The position numbers were made by a program, and so were the translations under genes. 64,000 nt of DNA from positions 104,718,001-104,782,000 of the forward strand of contig NC_042997.1 in NCBI RefSeq assembly GCF_006345805.1, written 5' to 3'. Positions 1-13,076 of this stretch are shown here, piece by piece. Within the stretch, counting starts at the first letter, position 1. Every line of letters starts with the position of its first letter. Under the pieces are notes generated by a model that had not been told where the DNA came from, did not search any database, and worked only from the letters and a program-made list of their open reading frames with translations. This DNA comes from Octopus sinensis. Lineage: Eukaryota.

Positions 1-524
<524 letters not shown>

Positions 525-1083
525 AGCTTACAGGCATTATTTTCCTCTGAGCTAACTTCCTATTCTTCCTTGATGTGATAATATCATGTGGAATATGAAA
601 TAAATGAAACAAAACAGAGTGTAGAGCGGGAGAGCGGGAAGAGATTGATGATATAGATGGTGGGAGGCTTAGAATCCCTGAGCGTTGTGTTAGGTTATTA
701 ATAAAAAGGATGTTAAATTGTAGTGAAAGTAGTTGGAGATAGAGATACATGAAGTACAAACATTTCATGCATAATAACAACAACGCCACAATAGAATAAT
801 TCCTGTAACGACATCATATAACAACAACAACTAGAATAATAATGTGTATAATAGTAATATATGCCACGGTGCATGAATAAGGACAGTATTAAAGGGTAGA
901 TTGTGTACGATGTTATCGATATGTATAAATCTAAAGTTATTTGTCTGTGGCAGGTTTGATAGCCTACAACTAATACTATCTCCTCCGAGACACTGCGGCG
1001 CAAGTTGACCAAAATTGAGAGTATGATAGAAGGTTTGCTCTTCATTCCGTAGAAGATAAAATTCAAATCAGACTATGTTAACA

Positions 1084-1299
1084 CCAAAAATTATTTACAT
1101 CAAAAAGGAAAAAGGTGCTTTTTATCTATGAAAATCCCTATTTTTTTACTGCAGTGTCGCCATTTTTCGGTGTATTTCACCCAGAAAAATGTTCATTTAA
1201 AGAGAATAACAAGCTACGTAATGCAAAATTTTTACTTTTCAAAAATCCGAATTTTAAAGGGTCGAAACAAACCCGAGCAACGCTGCACAATACTGCTAG
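1084..1299 (+). mobile_element. Possible Helitron-type non-autonomous 3' end
   Basis: Ends ...CCCGAGCAACGCTGCACAATACTG-CTAG|T, a degraded subterminal hairpin plus CTAG followed by T. Confidence 0.35.
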
Positions 1300-1805
1300 T
1301 AATGTGATAAAATACACTACAATGCGATTCATTATCATCTGTGAAAATCTGGTGTTCTCCGCACAGTCCGCCAGGTTCAGCCTTCACATGGAAGGCAGAC
1401 AAACCCTAGCTCACCGAGTGTTTGTGAGTCGTTGGCTAATCATACCATGGTTTAGCAGGCCTCTGGAAGCCGTTGACCGGAATGTGACCGTTGTTTCAAG
1501 CAGGCAGCTTAGAGGAACTAAAGGTGAGAGCTGTGTGTTATTTGCGGGTATCAAACTATTATGATCTGTTTCGAATTACGCCGAATCACACCGAACTACA
1601 CCGAGGAGCACTACATGTCCACCCGACGGGGGTACTACCTCAGCCGGACAACCCATGTACCCCATGTAGCAGTTTTATCACCATCTTTACATTGCATAGA
1701 TGTCTATAATCACCATCATCATCATCATTATGGCAACAGCGACACTAATAGCCATAATTTCCATCATTATCGTCACCTATATCATAAAGACATGCTATGC
1801 TGCTT

Positions 1806-1807
<2 letters not shown>

Positions 1808-1850
<43 letters not shown>

Positions 1851-1899
1851 TACTACTACTACTGCTACTACTACTACTACCACCACCACCACCACCACC

Positions 1900-1946
<47 letters not shown>

Positions 1947-1990
1947 AAATACTACTACTACTACTACTAATAATAATAATAATAATATTA
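1808..1990. repeat. (CTA)n/(CCA)n/(ATA)n compound microsatellite
   Basis: Direct inspection. Confidence 0.95.
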
Positions 1991-1994
1991 CGTT

Positions 1995-2457
1995 CTAATG
2001 GAAGCACAAGGCCTCAAATTTGGGGAAGAGATTAAGTCGATTTCATGCCCCCCCACCCAGTGTTCAACTGGTACTTATTTAATTGACCCAGAAAGGATAA
2101 AAGGCGAAGACGATCTCATCGGAATTTGAACTCAGAACGTAGCGGTAGACGAAATACCGCTATGCATTTCGCCCGGCGTGTTAACGATTCTGCCGGCTTG
2201 CCGCCTTAACAATAATAATAATGATGATGATGATGATGATGATGATGATGGTTTCAAATTTTGACACAAGGCAAACAACGTCGGAGGAAGTGGATAAACT
2301 GATTCCATCGACCCCAGTGATCAACTGCTACTCATTTTATCGACCCCCTAAAGAATGAAAAAATAAAGTCGCCCTCGGCGGAATTGGAACTCACTATGTA
2401 AAGATGGACGAAATGCCTCTAAAAAATTTCGTCCGGCTTGTACAGTTCGACGCCTTT
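1995..2457 (-). mobile_element. Two adjacent SINE family B copies (about 1995-2207 and 2251-2457)
   Basis: Both contain the family B body (GGAATTTGAACTCAGAACG, CGACCC...GATAAAAGG), each with an (AAT)/(GAT)n tract at its tail side. Confidence 0.75.
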
Positions 2458-2879
2458 TAAATCCGGTGCTATGTAATAATAGATAGGTTTAGGCGGTAAT
2501 ATACTATGATATTATTATACATATTTATATGCCTAGATTTGAACCCTGAAGACCTTAAGGAGTTGTAGTGACGATGTTGTGGTTTGCAACATGTATTGCG
2601 TTATTTTAGACTTTGCAAAGCCTAAGTCTCTCCAAGTCTCATGAGACCGCAGCTGATTTTTTTTTTTCACAATGAGAGATAGAAGGAAAGACAAAAGTCA
2701 GGAATTACCCTGATACTCGACGTGTACTTTATCGACCCAGGAAGGATAAAAGGTAAAGTTAAAATCTGAGTTAACTGAACTGAGTGTATTAGTTGGGAAG
2801 TGTATGGTTAGATAATCAATTGGACACTAAGGACGTTTGCTATATCTATTTGTTTATCAAAACTGACTCAATTCAAACG

Positions 2880-3290
2880 GTTATGTGGTACTTCTTGATT
2901 CTGCGGTAAAACTTTGTCTGAAGATGGTTACTACTTGATCGTCATATGCCTGGCAGCAAAAGTTGAGTTCTTGATATTCTTTCCCGGTATGCGTGATACA
3001 TGATTGTTGGAAAATTTCTACGAGTTCCCTATCCCCAATTTCTAGCTTCCTAATTCATCCGATTGTAGTCTCATGGATTACTATATGTGGGACGCATCTA
3101 AGGAAGACACAACCACCTCTGCCTGCTACACTAAAGCCGAGCTGGTGACCAAGAGCAAGGTTATCTTCGACGATTTTCCCAGGGACAGTGAGGGACGCAT
3201 ATGTCAGTTTCCATGGCCCTTTAGAGGCCGTGAAACTAGGGAGATAACTGAGAGTAAAGAGTCTCCCAGCCCTAATTTAGTTGATAATTT
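2880..3290 (+). mobile_element. Tc1/mariner (maT/DD37D-like) transposase C-terminal relic
   Basis: PYAWQQ...PNSSDCSLMDYYMWDASKEDT...TKAELVTKSKVIFDDFPRD; same family as 56380-57100. Confidence 0.65.
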
Positions 3291-3488
3291 TTGATTTTTC
3301 AAATTACACTCATTTTCAGAAGCCATATTGAGCTTTCTTTTCTATTTATGCAAACTTTCAAATTTTGAACTAACACCTTACGAATATATATAGAGCTGGC
3401 TAACGATATCAGTATAGCATTCTTATATATATATATAGAATATATAACATAATGTTATATTGAATACATAGAGAAGATACATGCCTAC

Positions 3489-3521
<33 letters not shown>

Positions 3522-3562
3522 ATATATATATATCACACATATAGGCATGATATATATTTTAT

Positions 3563-3870
3563 AGGCTCAGGTATAGTTGTGTGGTCGAAAAGCTCGCTTT
3601 GTGGATATATTATTTCGTGTTCATTCCTACTGCGTGACAATTTAAGAACTAGTCTCTAACTGCCCATTTCTCGTGACTGAGCTTGGCAGATGGATACGGT
3701 GCCTGTGTTTTTCCCATCATCATCACTTAACAAACGATGTTGTTGGTGTGTTTCCGAAACTTAGCAGTTCGACAAAAGACTCTGATAGCATAAGTACTGG
3801 GGTCGATTATTTCGACGAAAGATGGTGTTCCAGCATGGCCGCAGTCATCTGCTTGAAACAAGTAAAATAA
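3563..3870 (+). mobile_element. Degenerate SINE family A-related copy
   Basis: Similar head, and tail GGGGTCGATT...CCAGCATGGCCGCAGTC...GAAACAAGTAAAA. Confidence 0.6.
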
Positions 3871-4111
3871 AGCATAAGAATACATACATACATACATACA
3901 TACATAAATATATGCATGTCTTCCTTTTCTATTGGACTTTCCTCCGTTTCTGAAGAAGAGCTTTGCTCGAAATGTTAAACCAACTTTCTTTCCTTCCATG
4001 AGCGTCTGTACCACGTGCTCGCATTGTTGTTTTCTCTTACGTTTGTTCTTCGTTTTTTTTTTATTATTTACCATACATACATACATATATATATATATAA
4101 TATATATGTAT

Positions 4112-4166
<55 letters not shown>

Positions 4167-4173
4167 GCTTTAT

Positions 4174-4205
<32 letters not shown>

Positions 4206-4268
4206 TAAACACTCACGCATTAATATATTTCTGTGTGAACGGGTCTTAGTGTGCGTGTGTGTTTGTTT

Positions 4269-4300
<32 letters not shown>

Positions 4301-4774
4301 CCGTTTGTGAAGGTGTGCGTAGTCGAGCGCATGTGTGTGCTTACGTACAACGAACACTGTCTCAAGATGCATAGAAAATATTTCGTAGGCTATAAATTAG
4401 TGAATGTAAAATGTGGATCCCGTCAAAACGGTAATTTTTTACAGCTGCCTCTGTTATGTGTGTTTATGTTGAAGTCTTTTCAAGAATGTTTTGCTAAGGC
4501 ATCAGGAAAAATTATCACGCTCCACTGTGAAACACTTGGCAAATCGCAGCTTTGTTTTTTTTATTTTAATGTGAATGGTTTCTTATTTAATTTTAGATAA
4601 GGTACTCATAGACATACGAACGTACACGTTTGCATTACATGCAAACATACATTAATATGTGTACATATGTGTATATGCGTGTATGTGTGTGTATGTGTGT
4701 GTATGCATGTGCGTGTGATTTCTATCATATACAAAGGTATATATTTATCTATCTACTATATCTCTTTATATATC

Positions 4775-4776
<2 letters not shown>

Positions 4777-4805
<29 letters not shown>

Positions 4806-4812
4806 ATAGATT

Positions 4813-4865
<53 letters not shown>

Positions 4866-4878
4866 GTATGAAGGTAGG

Positions 4879-4933
<55 letters not shown>

Positions 4934-4946
4934 GTATGAAGGTAGG

Positions 4947-4997
<51 letters not shown>

Positions 4998-5024
4998 GTA
5001 TGAAGGTAGATAGATAGATATATG

Positions 5025-5060
<36 letters not shown>
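4777..5060. repeat. (GATA)n microsatellite at the 3' junction of the Tx1-like LINE
   Basis: Direct inspection; three GGTATGAAGGTA interruptions. Confidence 0.97.
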
Positions 5061-8000
5061 TGTTTCTTTATTAGCCACACAGGGCTGCACACAGATAGAA
5101 CAAATTACAAGGTAGAGCTTTTCTTTTCAAGGTTTAAAAAAAAAAAAAAAAAAGGAAGGGGGAGTTTCGATCAAAAGGGATCGTAAAAGGAGAGAAAGAG
5201 GACAAAAAAAAGGGGGGGTTAAAAAAAAAATTTTTTTTAAAAATAATAAAAGGGGGGGGGGAGGGAAAAAAAAAAAAAAAAAATTGATCAATAGGGATCG
5301 TTATCACAGAAATGTCAATATGAAGTGTAAAGGGGAGGACAGGTGAGGTTTACCCGTGGAAAGAAAAGCCTACGGAAAAGACCACGGTAACCTCGGTCAA
5401 TGAAGTCACATTTTATATTTCTTTTTTTTTTTTTTTTTTTTTTTTTTTGCAAATAAGCAACTCTCTGTTTTCGATTTCTGGGTTCATAGGATCATGCTCA
5501 AGGTGGCTTCGTCATTCATACGTGCCATTCTTGCTACATTCACCCATCTTTTTTTAAAACATTCGCTAGACAAAACTTGCCTCTCTACTCTCACTTTCCT
5601 TTTCAAGTGGTACTTGAAGAAGTTGATGAGAGATTGACCAGAGAGGAAAGTGTTTGTCTCCAATCCTTTCAGACGCGTCCACCAGATACATTCTTTCGCC
5701 ATAGCCACAAGGATGATGAAAATAGCTCTTCCTTCCCGTTTGAAGGAAGGAGGCGTGACAATATTGACGATAGACTCAGCTGATAAACCGACTCGTCCCA
5801 CACGTGACAGCAGTTGTTCGACATAAGCCCACAGGTCGGAAATTGTTGGACACTGAACGAGTGCGTGCAGAACGGTTTCGTCGCTCTGACCGCATCTCGG
5901 GCAGGTCGGCCCCGTGTTTCTCGAGCCGTGTCTGTAGAGCTTATCCCGAACGGGTAGCGCTTCTCGGTAGCACTGCCAGGCCAGGGATCTCTGGAAGTTG
6001 TCCATGGGCCCTGGCCCGAAAGTCGTCCCGAACAGGCGGGTCAGGTACTCCTCGTCGACGTCCAGGTTCGCCCCGAGCTCGTCGTCGTACCTCCCCTCCA
6101 CTAAACCCCTATAGAATGCTTTGGTTGTGTTGAAGTCACTTAAGGTCGACCCAGGACGGCAGAGTTGCTTGAGAGCAACGCGACACTCGCGGTGCCATTC
6201 GCCCTTCCTCGGCCTCTTTTTGATCCACGACTGCAGTTCGGTCATGGAGACGAGTTGCGGGAAAGCGTGCCTCACAAACGGCGACCACATCTGTTCACCG
6301 TCGTCTACATAGAGCCAGAGATGTCGCAGTCTCAGCGCGTGTGCGCATCATCAACCACGGCATGCCCAGCCCTCCTTTTAACGGGTGTTGACAGCAAATG
6401 GATCGCCTGACCATCGGGACGCATCCTTTCCACAAGAAGCGAAAGAGGATGCGTTGTAGTTTGGTGATGGTAGGGTCGGGACAAGGTACGACGGTCAGGC
6501 GGTAGTAGATGACGGACGCGATGTACGTGTTCGCCACCTCCGCTCGACCTTTTAGGGACAGTTTCCTCTCGGCCCATTGCCGGGCGAGAGTGACCACCCT
6601 ACTCGTTATCTCGTTCCAGTTCTTCTCCACTTGGAGGTCCGGACCGAACCAGACCCCGAGCAACTCAACCGGGCCGTCGGTCCAGCGTCCCACGACGGAG
6701 GCGCTGGTGGACGGCATGGGCTTGCTTCTCCAGGTGCCTAGTCGCAAGCCCACTGACTTTTCCCGGTTGATTTTCGCTCCTGTCACCGCTTCGTAGTTTT
6801 TCAGTGTCTCGCCGACCAGCTCGATGTGCTCGTGGCTAGACACTATGACGGTGACGTCGTCCGCGTATGCAGACACGCTCGTCCCGCATCCCAATTCTCG
6901 CGGGATGCCACTTAGAGTCGCCAGCTTCCGCAGTAGTGGCTCAAGAGTCAATACGTATAGAAGCGCCGAGAGGGGGCATCCCTGACGGACCGAACGTGCA
7001 ATGTCGAAAGGTCTCGATAGATGTCCATTTACGCGAATTACCGAACGGATGCCTCTGTACAAGCAGCTATCCAGCCGCGGAAGACGGGACCGAAACCAGC
7101 CGCTCTCAGGACTGCCTCCAAGTATCGATGGTCTACCCTATCAAAGGCTTTCGATTGATCCAAGTTGATCAGGCCCCCCCCCATGCCAGGTTCGTTAACT
7201 ACCCTGTCTATGATGTAGCGCATCAGATGGAGGTTGTCATGATGGTCCGGCCTGGCACGGCGCATGTTTGCGCCTTGTCGACCAGTTTCTCGATGACAAG
7301 CGCCAACCTCTTGGCTAGCACCTTGGCCAAAATTTTCAAGTCTGCATTAAGCAGAGTGATGGGCCTAAAGTTATCTATTACATTTCCCTTGTTTAGATCT
7401 TTCTTCACAGCAGTGTTACGGCTCCTCGGCTCACAAAACCAGGAATGCTCCCGTTTTGCTGCCAGTTGCAGTACACCGCCGCCAAGAGATCTCCAAACAA
7501 GTCTGGCATACAATTGTAAAGCTCGTAGGGTAGACCATCCAAACCCGGTGATTTGTCCCTCGAGCATTCTGCCATCGCTTCCCGCACTTCCGCCGCCGTG
7601 ATGGCACCTTCTCGCAGCACCCTGCCTTTCTTGTCGAGAGTCGTGGTAGGCTATGTAGGTAGGCACTGAAGTCCACCCTACGTTCTTGCCCTCCACTCGT
7701 TCCGAACAGTCGGGCAAAATGCTGCTGAAAGGCCTCACACATTTTACTTGGCTCGAGCAATTCGCGCCCCTGTTCATCTACCAGTGACCGAATGGTGGCT
7801 TTGTTGCCCTGTTGCGCCTCTGCCACCCGGGCCTCTCTCGCGGCTCCAACACCTTCGTTCCTTAGAGCACGCATCCTAGCTCTGACACACATCCTTCGTG
7901 TTTGGCGTTGAAGTGTTGGTCGAGGGCCAACCTCGCCGCCAAAACGTCGGATGCGATGCCGCTTCTAATTGCCTCTTCTAGCTTCTTAACTAGCTCACCC

Positions 8001-9196
8001 TCTACTCTATTTCTATCTATGGCTAGTGCTTTGCTGTACCTAATCGCTTCTGCTTTTACTGCTCTCTTGAGGGCAAACCACCATTTGTTGTTGATGATGG
8101 CTCCCGTCAAAGCCCTCTTTACTAGTGTGCTAATCCGGTCTCTGAAAACTTGTCTCGATGGGAAAGACGCGTTTAGTTTCCAGTATCCGGGACCCTGCCT
8201 AAGTGTCTTACCTAAGTCTAGCGTACATGTCACAAGTTTGTGATCCGTGTAGCTGACTATGTGGAATTGTGGACATCCTATGCTATCTCTATCTACTGTC
8301 CTACACAGTATCCTATCTAGATACGATCTCGACGACCCGATGCGGTTGCTCCATGTCCACGTTGGCGCATTCGGGTGGTCTAGTCGGAACCTGTCAGACA
8401 GTTGAAGCGTCTGAGCAGGTCTCTGAGGCATTTGCATCCCCGTCTATTCCTATCTCTACCCCCACGTAGTCTACATGCGTGTCCAAGGTAGCATTCCAAT
8501 CCCCCACTAAGAGTAAAGGACGAGACGTTCCCAAAAACTTCTAGACGTTGAAAGAAATCCGCCCGACCTGTTAAGGGCGGTGCGTAAACTGATACGAGTC
8601 GAAAAGCGCACCCATTGCTGCCGTCGACATCCAGGACGACCAGTCTACCCTCCGGGTCTACGAATATTGTCCTTACATTGAGATCCAGACTCTTGTGAAA
8701 AAGTACCGCGGTGCCACTACCGCCCATTCTCGGCAGACAGGGGGAAAAATAAATGTTGAACTGTCCGCCAAACATGGTCTTTAGGGCCCGCGGATTGTGG
8801 AGTCTGGTCTCGCTTATGGCTATGATTTCTAACTTATGTGACTTTATGTCATTTAAGAGGTACCCTTGTTTCCAAGGGGACCCCAAGCCACGCGCATTTA
8901 CACAACCAATCTTGATCATAGTTCTAATGAATTAGAATACAGAGGGTTACTTACTGCTCGAAAGTTTTTGCTTTCTCCTCCGTTGGTTTGTCCTCGAGAA
9001 GATCCCAGTACAGTTTCTTTGTGAGATATTTTTGGCATTTACCAACCGCACTGGGGAAAATGCCTTTGAGTGTGTGGTGCAGACTTTTGGAGATGTGTAA
9101 TATTTTGATGTGGTCTGGTGGTGTTGTGTATGGGTGATTGTTTGTTTTTATGTCATCTTCTGTTATGTTTGTTTTTGATTGGATGTATTCCATCAA
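5061..9196 (-). mobile_element. L1/Tx1-group non-LTR retrotransposon, 5'-truncated (probable ORF1 tail, frameshifted ORF2 with APE-RT-CCHC, 3' UTR)
   Basis: APE endonuclease (IGCVNARGL...IAISETRLH, 8380-8919; SRSYLDRI, SYTDHK). RT motifs NFRPITLLNADLKILAKVLAKRL, LDQSKAFDRVDH, VRQGCPLS and YADD (6295-7777). C-terminal CPRCGQSDETVLHALVQC zinc knuckle (5484-6290). ORF2 spans 5484-8919 across several frameshifts. AATAAA on the minus strand at 5067-5072. Confidence 0.93.
8951..9196 (-). pseudogene. Probable C-terminal remnant of ORF1 of the Tx1-like LINE
   Basis: An 81-codon open frame ends about 30 nt before the ORF2 ATG and begins directly at the (ATCT)n junction. The assignment rests on position only; no motif was recognised. 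Confidence 0.45.
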
Positions 9197-9210
9197 AGAT
9201 AGATAGATAA

Positions 9211-9267
<57 letters not shown>
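9197..9267. repeat. (GATA)n microsatellite at the 5' junction of the Tx1-like LINE
   Basis: Direct inspection. Confidence 0.97.
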
Positions 9268-9330
9268 CTCATATTTTTATATGCATCTAGGAGCAAGTAT
9301 GCACACTCACACTGACTATATATATGCATA

Positions 9331-9712
9331 TTCTTTTACTTGTTTCGATCATTTGACTGTGACCATGCTGGATCACCGCCTTTAGACGGACAAATCGACT
9401 ACAGAACTTATTTGTAAGCCTAGTACTTATTATATCGGCTTCTGTTGCCGAACCGCTAAGTTACGGGGACGTAAACACACCAGCATCGGTTGTCAGGTGA
9501 TGATGGGGGCGACAAACAGGACACGCATGCACACACACACACTTATATACGACGGGCTTCTTTCAGTTTCCGTCCACCAAATCCATTCACAAGGCTTTGG
9601 TCGGCCCGTGGCTATAGTAGAAGACACTTGCCGAAGCTGCCACGCAGGGGGACTAAACCCCAAACCTTGTAGATGGTAAGAATAGGAAATTACCACACAA
9701 CCAATCCTGCAA
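9331..9712 (-). mobile_element. SINE family A copy
   Basis: Reverse-complement match to the family A body and tail. Confidence 0.75.
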
Positions 9713-9939
9713 ATATATATATATACATACATAAACACATACATACATACATACATACATACAAACATACATACATACATACATACATACATACATGCAT
9801 ATATGTTTGTGTGTGTGTGTGTCTGTGTATGTGTGTATTATTTAAAAGCAGCAGAAATATCACAAACACTGTTACTCGGAGTTTACGTTCGGGAACGTGA
9901 AACTCCGAGTAACAGTTTTTGTGATATTTCTGCTGCATA

Positions 9940-10330
9940 TTTCACGTTGCTCTAGTCCATACGTATACTCGGCCGGTGGTCGGAAATGAGGTAAAGGAGG
10001 ATTCGTCCGAGAAAATAACATCCTTTAACTGCTCTAGGGACCAATTCTGTAGGTTTTCACTCCAATCTAAATACTTTGCAACTTTTGGTTTTTGAAAGTA
10101 GTGCATTTCTGATTGCAACCCTCCCGTAAAATCCCGCTTTTGGCAGCTCCCGACGAACAGTTTTCAGGGTGGTCATTAAGCTCCTCAATAATTTTGAGAG
10201 CTGTACTTTTGCGATTCTTTCTAACAGTTCGCGTAAGATTCCGACGGTCCCTATCTGAAAGTTTTGGTCTCAACAGAGCTTTGAAAGCATCAAAATCGGC
10301 ATTATCGCGAATAGCGGCAGATGATTTAAG
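9940..10330 (-). mobile_element. Tc1-like transposase fragment
   Basis: RPKLSDRDRRNLTRTVRKNRKSTALKIIEELN (HTH region), followed by VIFSDES...TTGRVYVW (first catalytic Asp region). Disrupted. Confidence 0.75.
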
Positions 10331-10553
10331 GAAATATTTGGCGAGTGTGACTTCAATCTCAAAGCAAGTTTAGGTCGTAGTCAAATAGGTGAAGGGTTTA
10401 GATGAAGACTTGAAGAATAGGAAACTACCAAACGAACTGCTAGGATCATAGAAAGGGCCAAGTAGATTTGGAAAACAGTTACATCCTACAAATATGTAAT
10501 TCTAGACGAGAGGGAGTTAAATAACATTTTCCAAATCTACATGGTCCTTTCTA

Positions 10554-11411
10554 AATGTCAGGTCGCTCTAGAGTGCTACTGGTAACATGTAATCCACTAC
10601 AACCTGTTGCATGGTCGGGACGTCGGCAACTAAACTGACAACCCCACCAGGCTCGCTTGGTGAGGAGGGTGCTGTTGGACACCGTGTGGGATGAAAAATA
10701 AGACCCAACAAAGGGCGGATGAACCGCATGAAAACGAAGTTCATGTGGTCAGACAACATACCAACAGGTCGAATGGTGATCGGCAGTGATGAAATAGAGG
10801 AGGTAAAGGAATATGTCTACCTGGGACAGGAAGTGAATATGTGCCGAGATATAGAAAAGGAGATCTCACGGAGAGTAAGTGCCGGATGGAAGGCGTTTAA
10901 TGGTATAAAGGATGTGCTCAAGGGAAGGTTGGACAGGACCACCCGCACCAACCTCATCAACAGTACAGTTCTACCTGCAATGTTATATGGTAGTGAAACA
11001 TGGACTACAACAAAAAGAGAGGAGCAGGTAACGGCTCAAAGATCCATGGAAAGGTCAATGCTTGGTATCTTGTTGAGAGAGTACATCAGTAGCGAGATCG
11101 TCAGAAAGAAGTCCGGCGTGAGGGATATCATCGCAGAGTATACACGCAGCAAGTTTAAATGGGTTGGATACGTCGCCCGGCTCACCGATAATCGGTGGAC
11201 CCACGCAGTTGTCGAGTGGTACCCGCGCGAGCGGAAACAACCATCAGGAAGGCCTCCACGACGGTGGAGTTACGATTTCAGAAGGACGATTGGGATCACG
11301 TGGATGAGAAAGGCGCGATCCAGAGAGGAATGGACAGCGTGCTGTGACCAGCAGTGTCAAATGGACGCCTGACGGACTGGTCGGTCAAGGTGCTGTCACC
11401 ATGTCAAGGTG
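10554..11411 (+). mobile_element. RTE-clade LINE derivative, 858 bp, bounded by a 15-bp target-site duplication
   Basis: ORF 10719-11372 carries RTE C-terminal motifs ([26 protein letters not shown]). Tail reads TCAAGGTG twice. ACATGGTCCTTTCTA (10539-10553) matches ACATGGCCCTTTCTA (11412-11426) at 14/15. Confidence 0.88.
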
Positions 11412-12096
11412 ACATGGCCCTTTCTATGATCCTAGCAGTTAGTTTGGTAGTTTTCTCTTCTTCAAGTCAGCATCTAAACACTTCACCTATTAGACTACGA
11501 CCTAAACTTGCTTTGAGATTGATATCACACTCACCAAATATCTCCTTAAATCATCAGCCGCTATACACGATAATGCCGATTTTAATGCTTTCAAAACTCT
11601 GTTGAGACAGATTATGGGACGGCTGCTTTTAGAGAGGTGTTGCCAGTCAGTTTTGTTGACAGAAATGCGTTTGACTCACACAGTTTTTTATGCTTTGTAG
11701 ATGTTGCTTCTGGTTCCTTCAGTTGCCGTATTGTTTCTATTCTCTTTTACTTTCTTTTATATTATGCGTTGCTATTGTCGCATTGATCTTCGTTCTGTAT
11801 CAGTAAACATAATTAATATTTATATATCAGCATACCAACACGGACGCACACGCATGCATATACATTTACATATATGCGAATGTGTGTGCGCATGTGTGTG
11901 GGTATGTATGCATGAATATAAAGTATACATAAATAGCGTTTAAAGTTTACGACAGCTGCTTGGGCAGAAATTTATTTGTTTAATACGGTCATAAAATATT
12001 ACAACATAAAATATATCCACCAACATAAGGTAAAATTTTGAACATGAAAGATTTTAAATATCGAACCTGTCAGAAACAACATTCGCAGGACTAGTG

Positions 12097-12147
<51 letters not shown>

Positions 12148-12899
12148 ATACACATAGACGCACACACAAACATATACACACTCACGCACATATATATACG
12201 CATGTATGTATGTATGTATGTATGTATGTGCAGATTTGTATGGTTTATATATGTATTCTCATGCATAGAGTTGCATATCTATACACGGTCAAATATATTT
12301 AAATAATAAACTTCTGGAAAGTTTATACAGATTTTATAATTCTAGTGATGGATTGGATTTGTAGTCTTCGAATTAGTTTTCTCCTTTCTGGTTTTGAGAA
12401 GCCTCAGTTCTCATGATTAGTATTTAGTCAGTGTGTTACATATCCCAGGGCCCGCAAAATAACAGCTATAAACCTGAACTTGTAATCTGAATAGAGTAAC
12501 TGCAGATTTCTCAACAGTTCAGCATAGGGATTCGCTTTTTCACTGATCTTCAGTTTTGTGTTAACATCCGCAGGGCAGCTCACCAGTTATCGGTTGTCTA
12601 TCTACTCGTTATTTCGAGCTCTCATCGACAATATAAGCCTGGTCCTTAGAATGTCGTGTAGGAAAAGAAAGATGGTCGCCTTCGATGTGAGTGTGTGTGT
12701 GTATGTGTATGTGACAGAATGACATCTCTTCATAAAGAAGTATAAGTAGCTGAAACAAGGAACATTTTAATATGCAGAACAATTTAGAATTATAAGTCTA
12801 TATAACGGCCATTTATATGCACTACACTTACCTATACGCGCGCGCTCATACACACACACATGCACACACGCAAACACACAATCACACGCACACGTTCAC

Positions 12900-12905
12900 A
12901 AACGC

Positions 12906-12992
<87 letters not shown>

Positions 12993-12997
12993 CAGAC

Positions 12998-13075
<78 letters not shown>
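12900..13075. repeat. (TA)n followed by (GATA)n
   Basis: Direct inspection. Confidence 0.95.

Positions 13076-13076
<1 letters not shown>

Noticed and set aside
6867-8243. Long + strand ORFs (244 aa, 113 aa and others)
   Set aside because: Antisense shadows of the GC-rich LINE ORF2.
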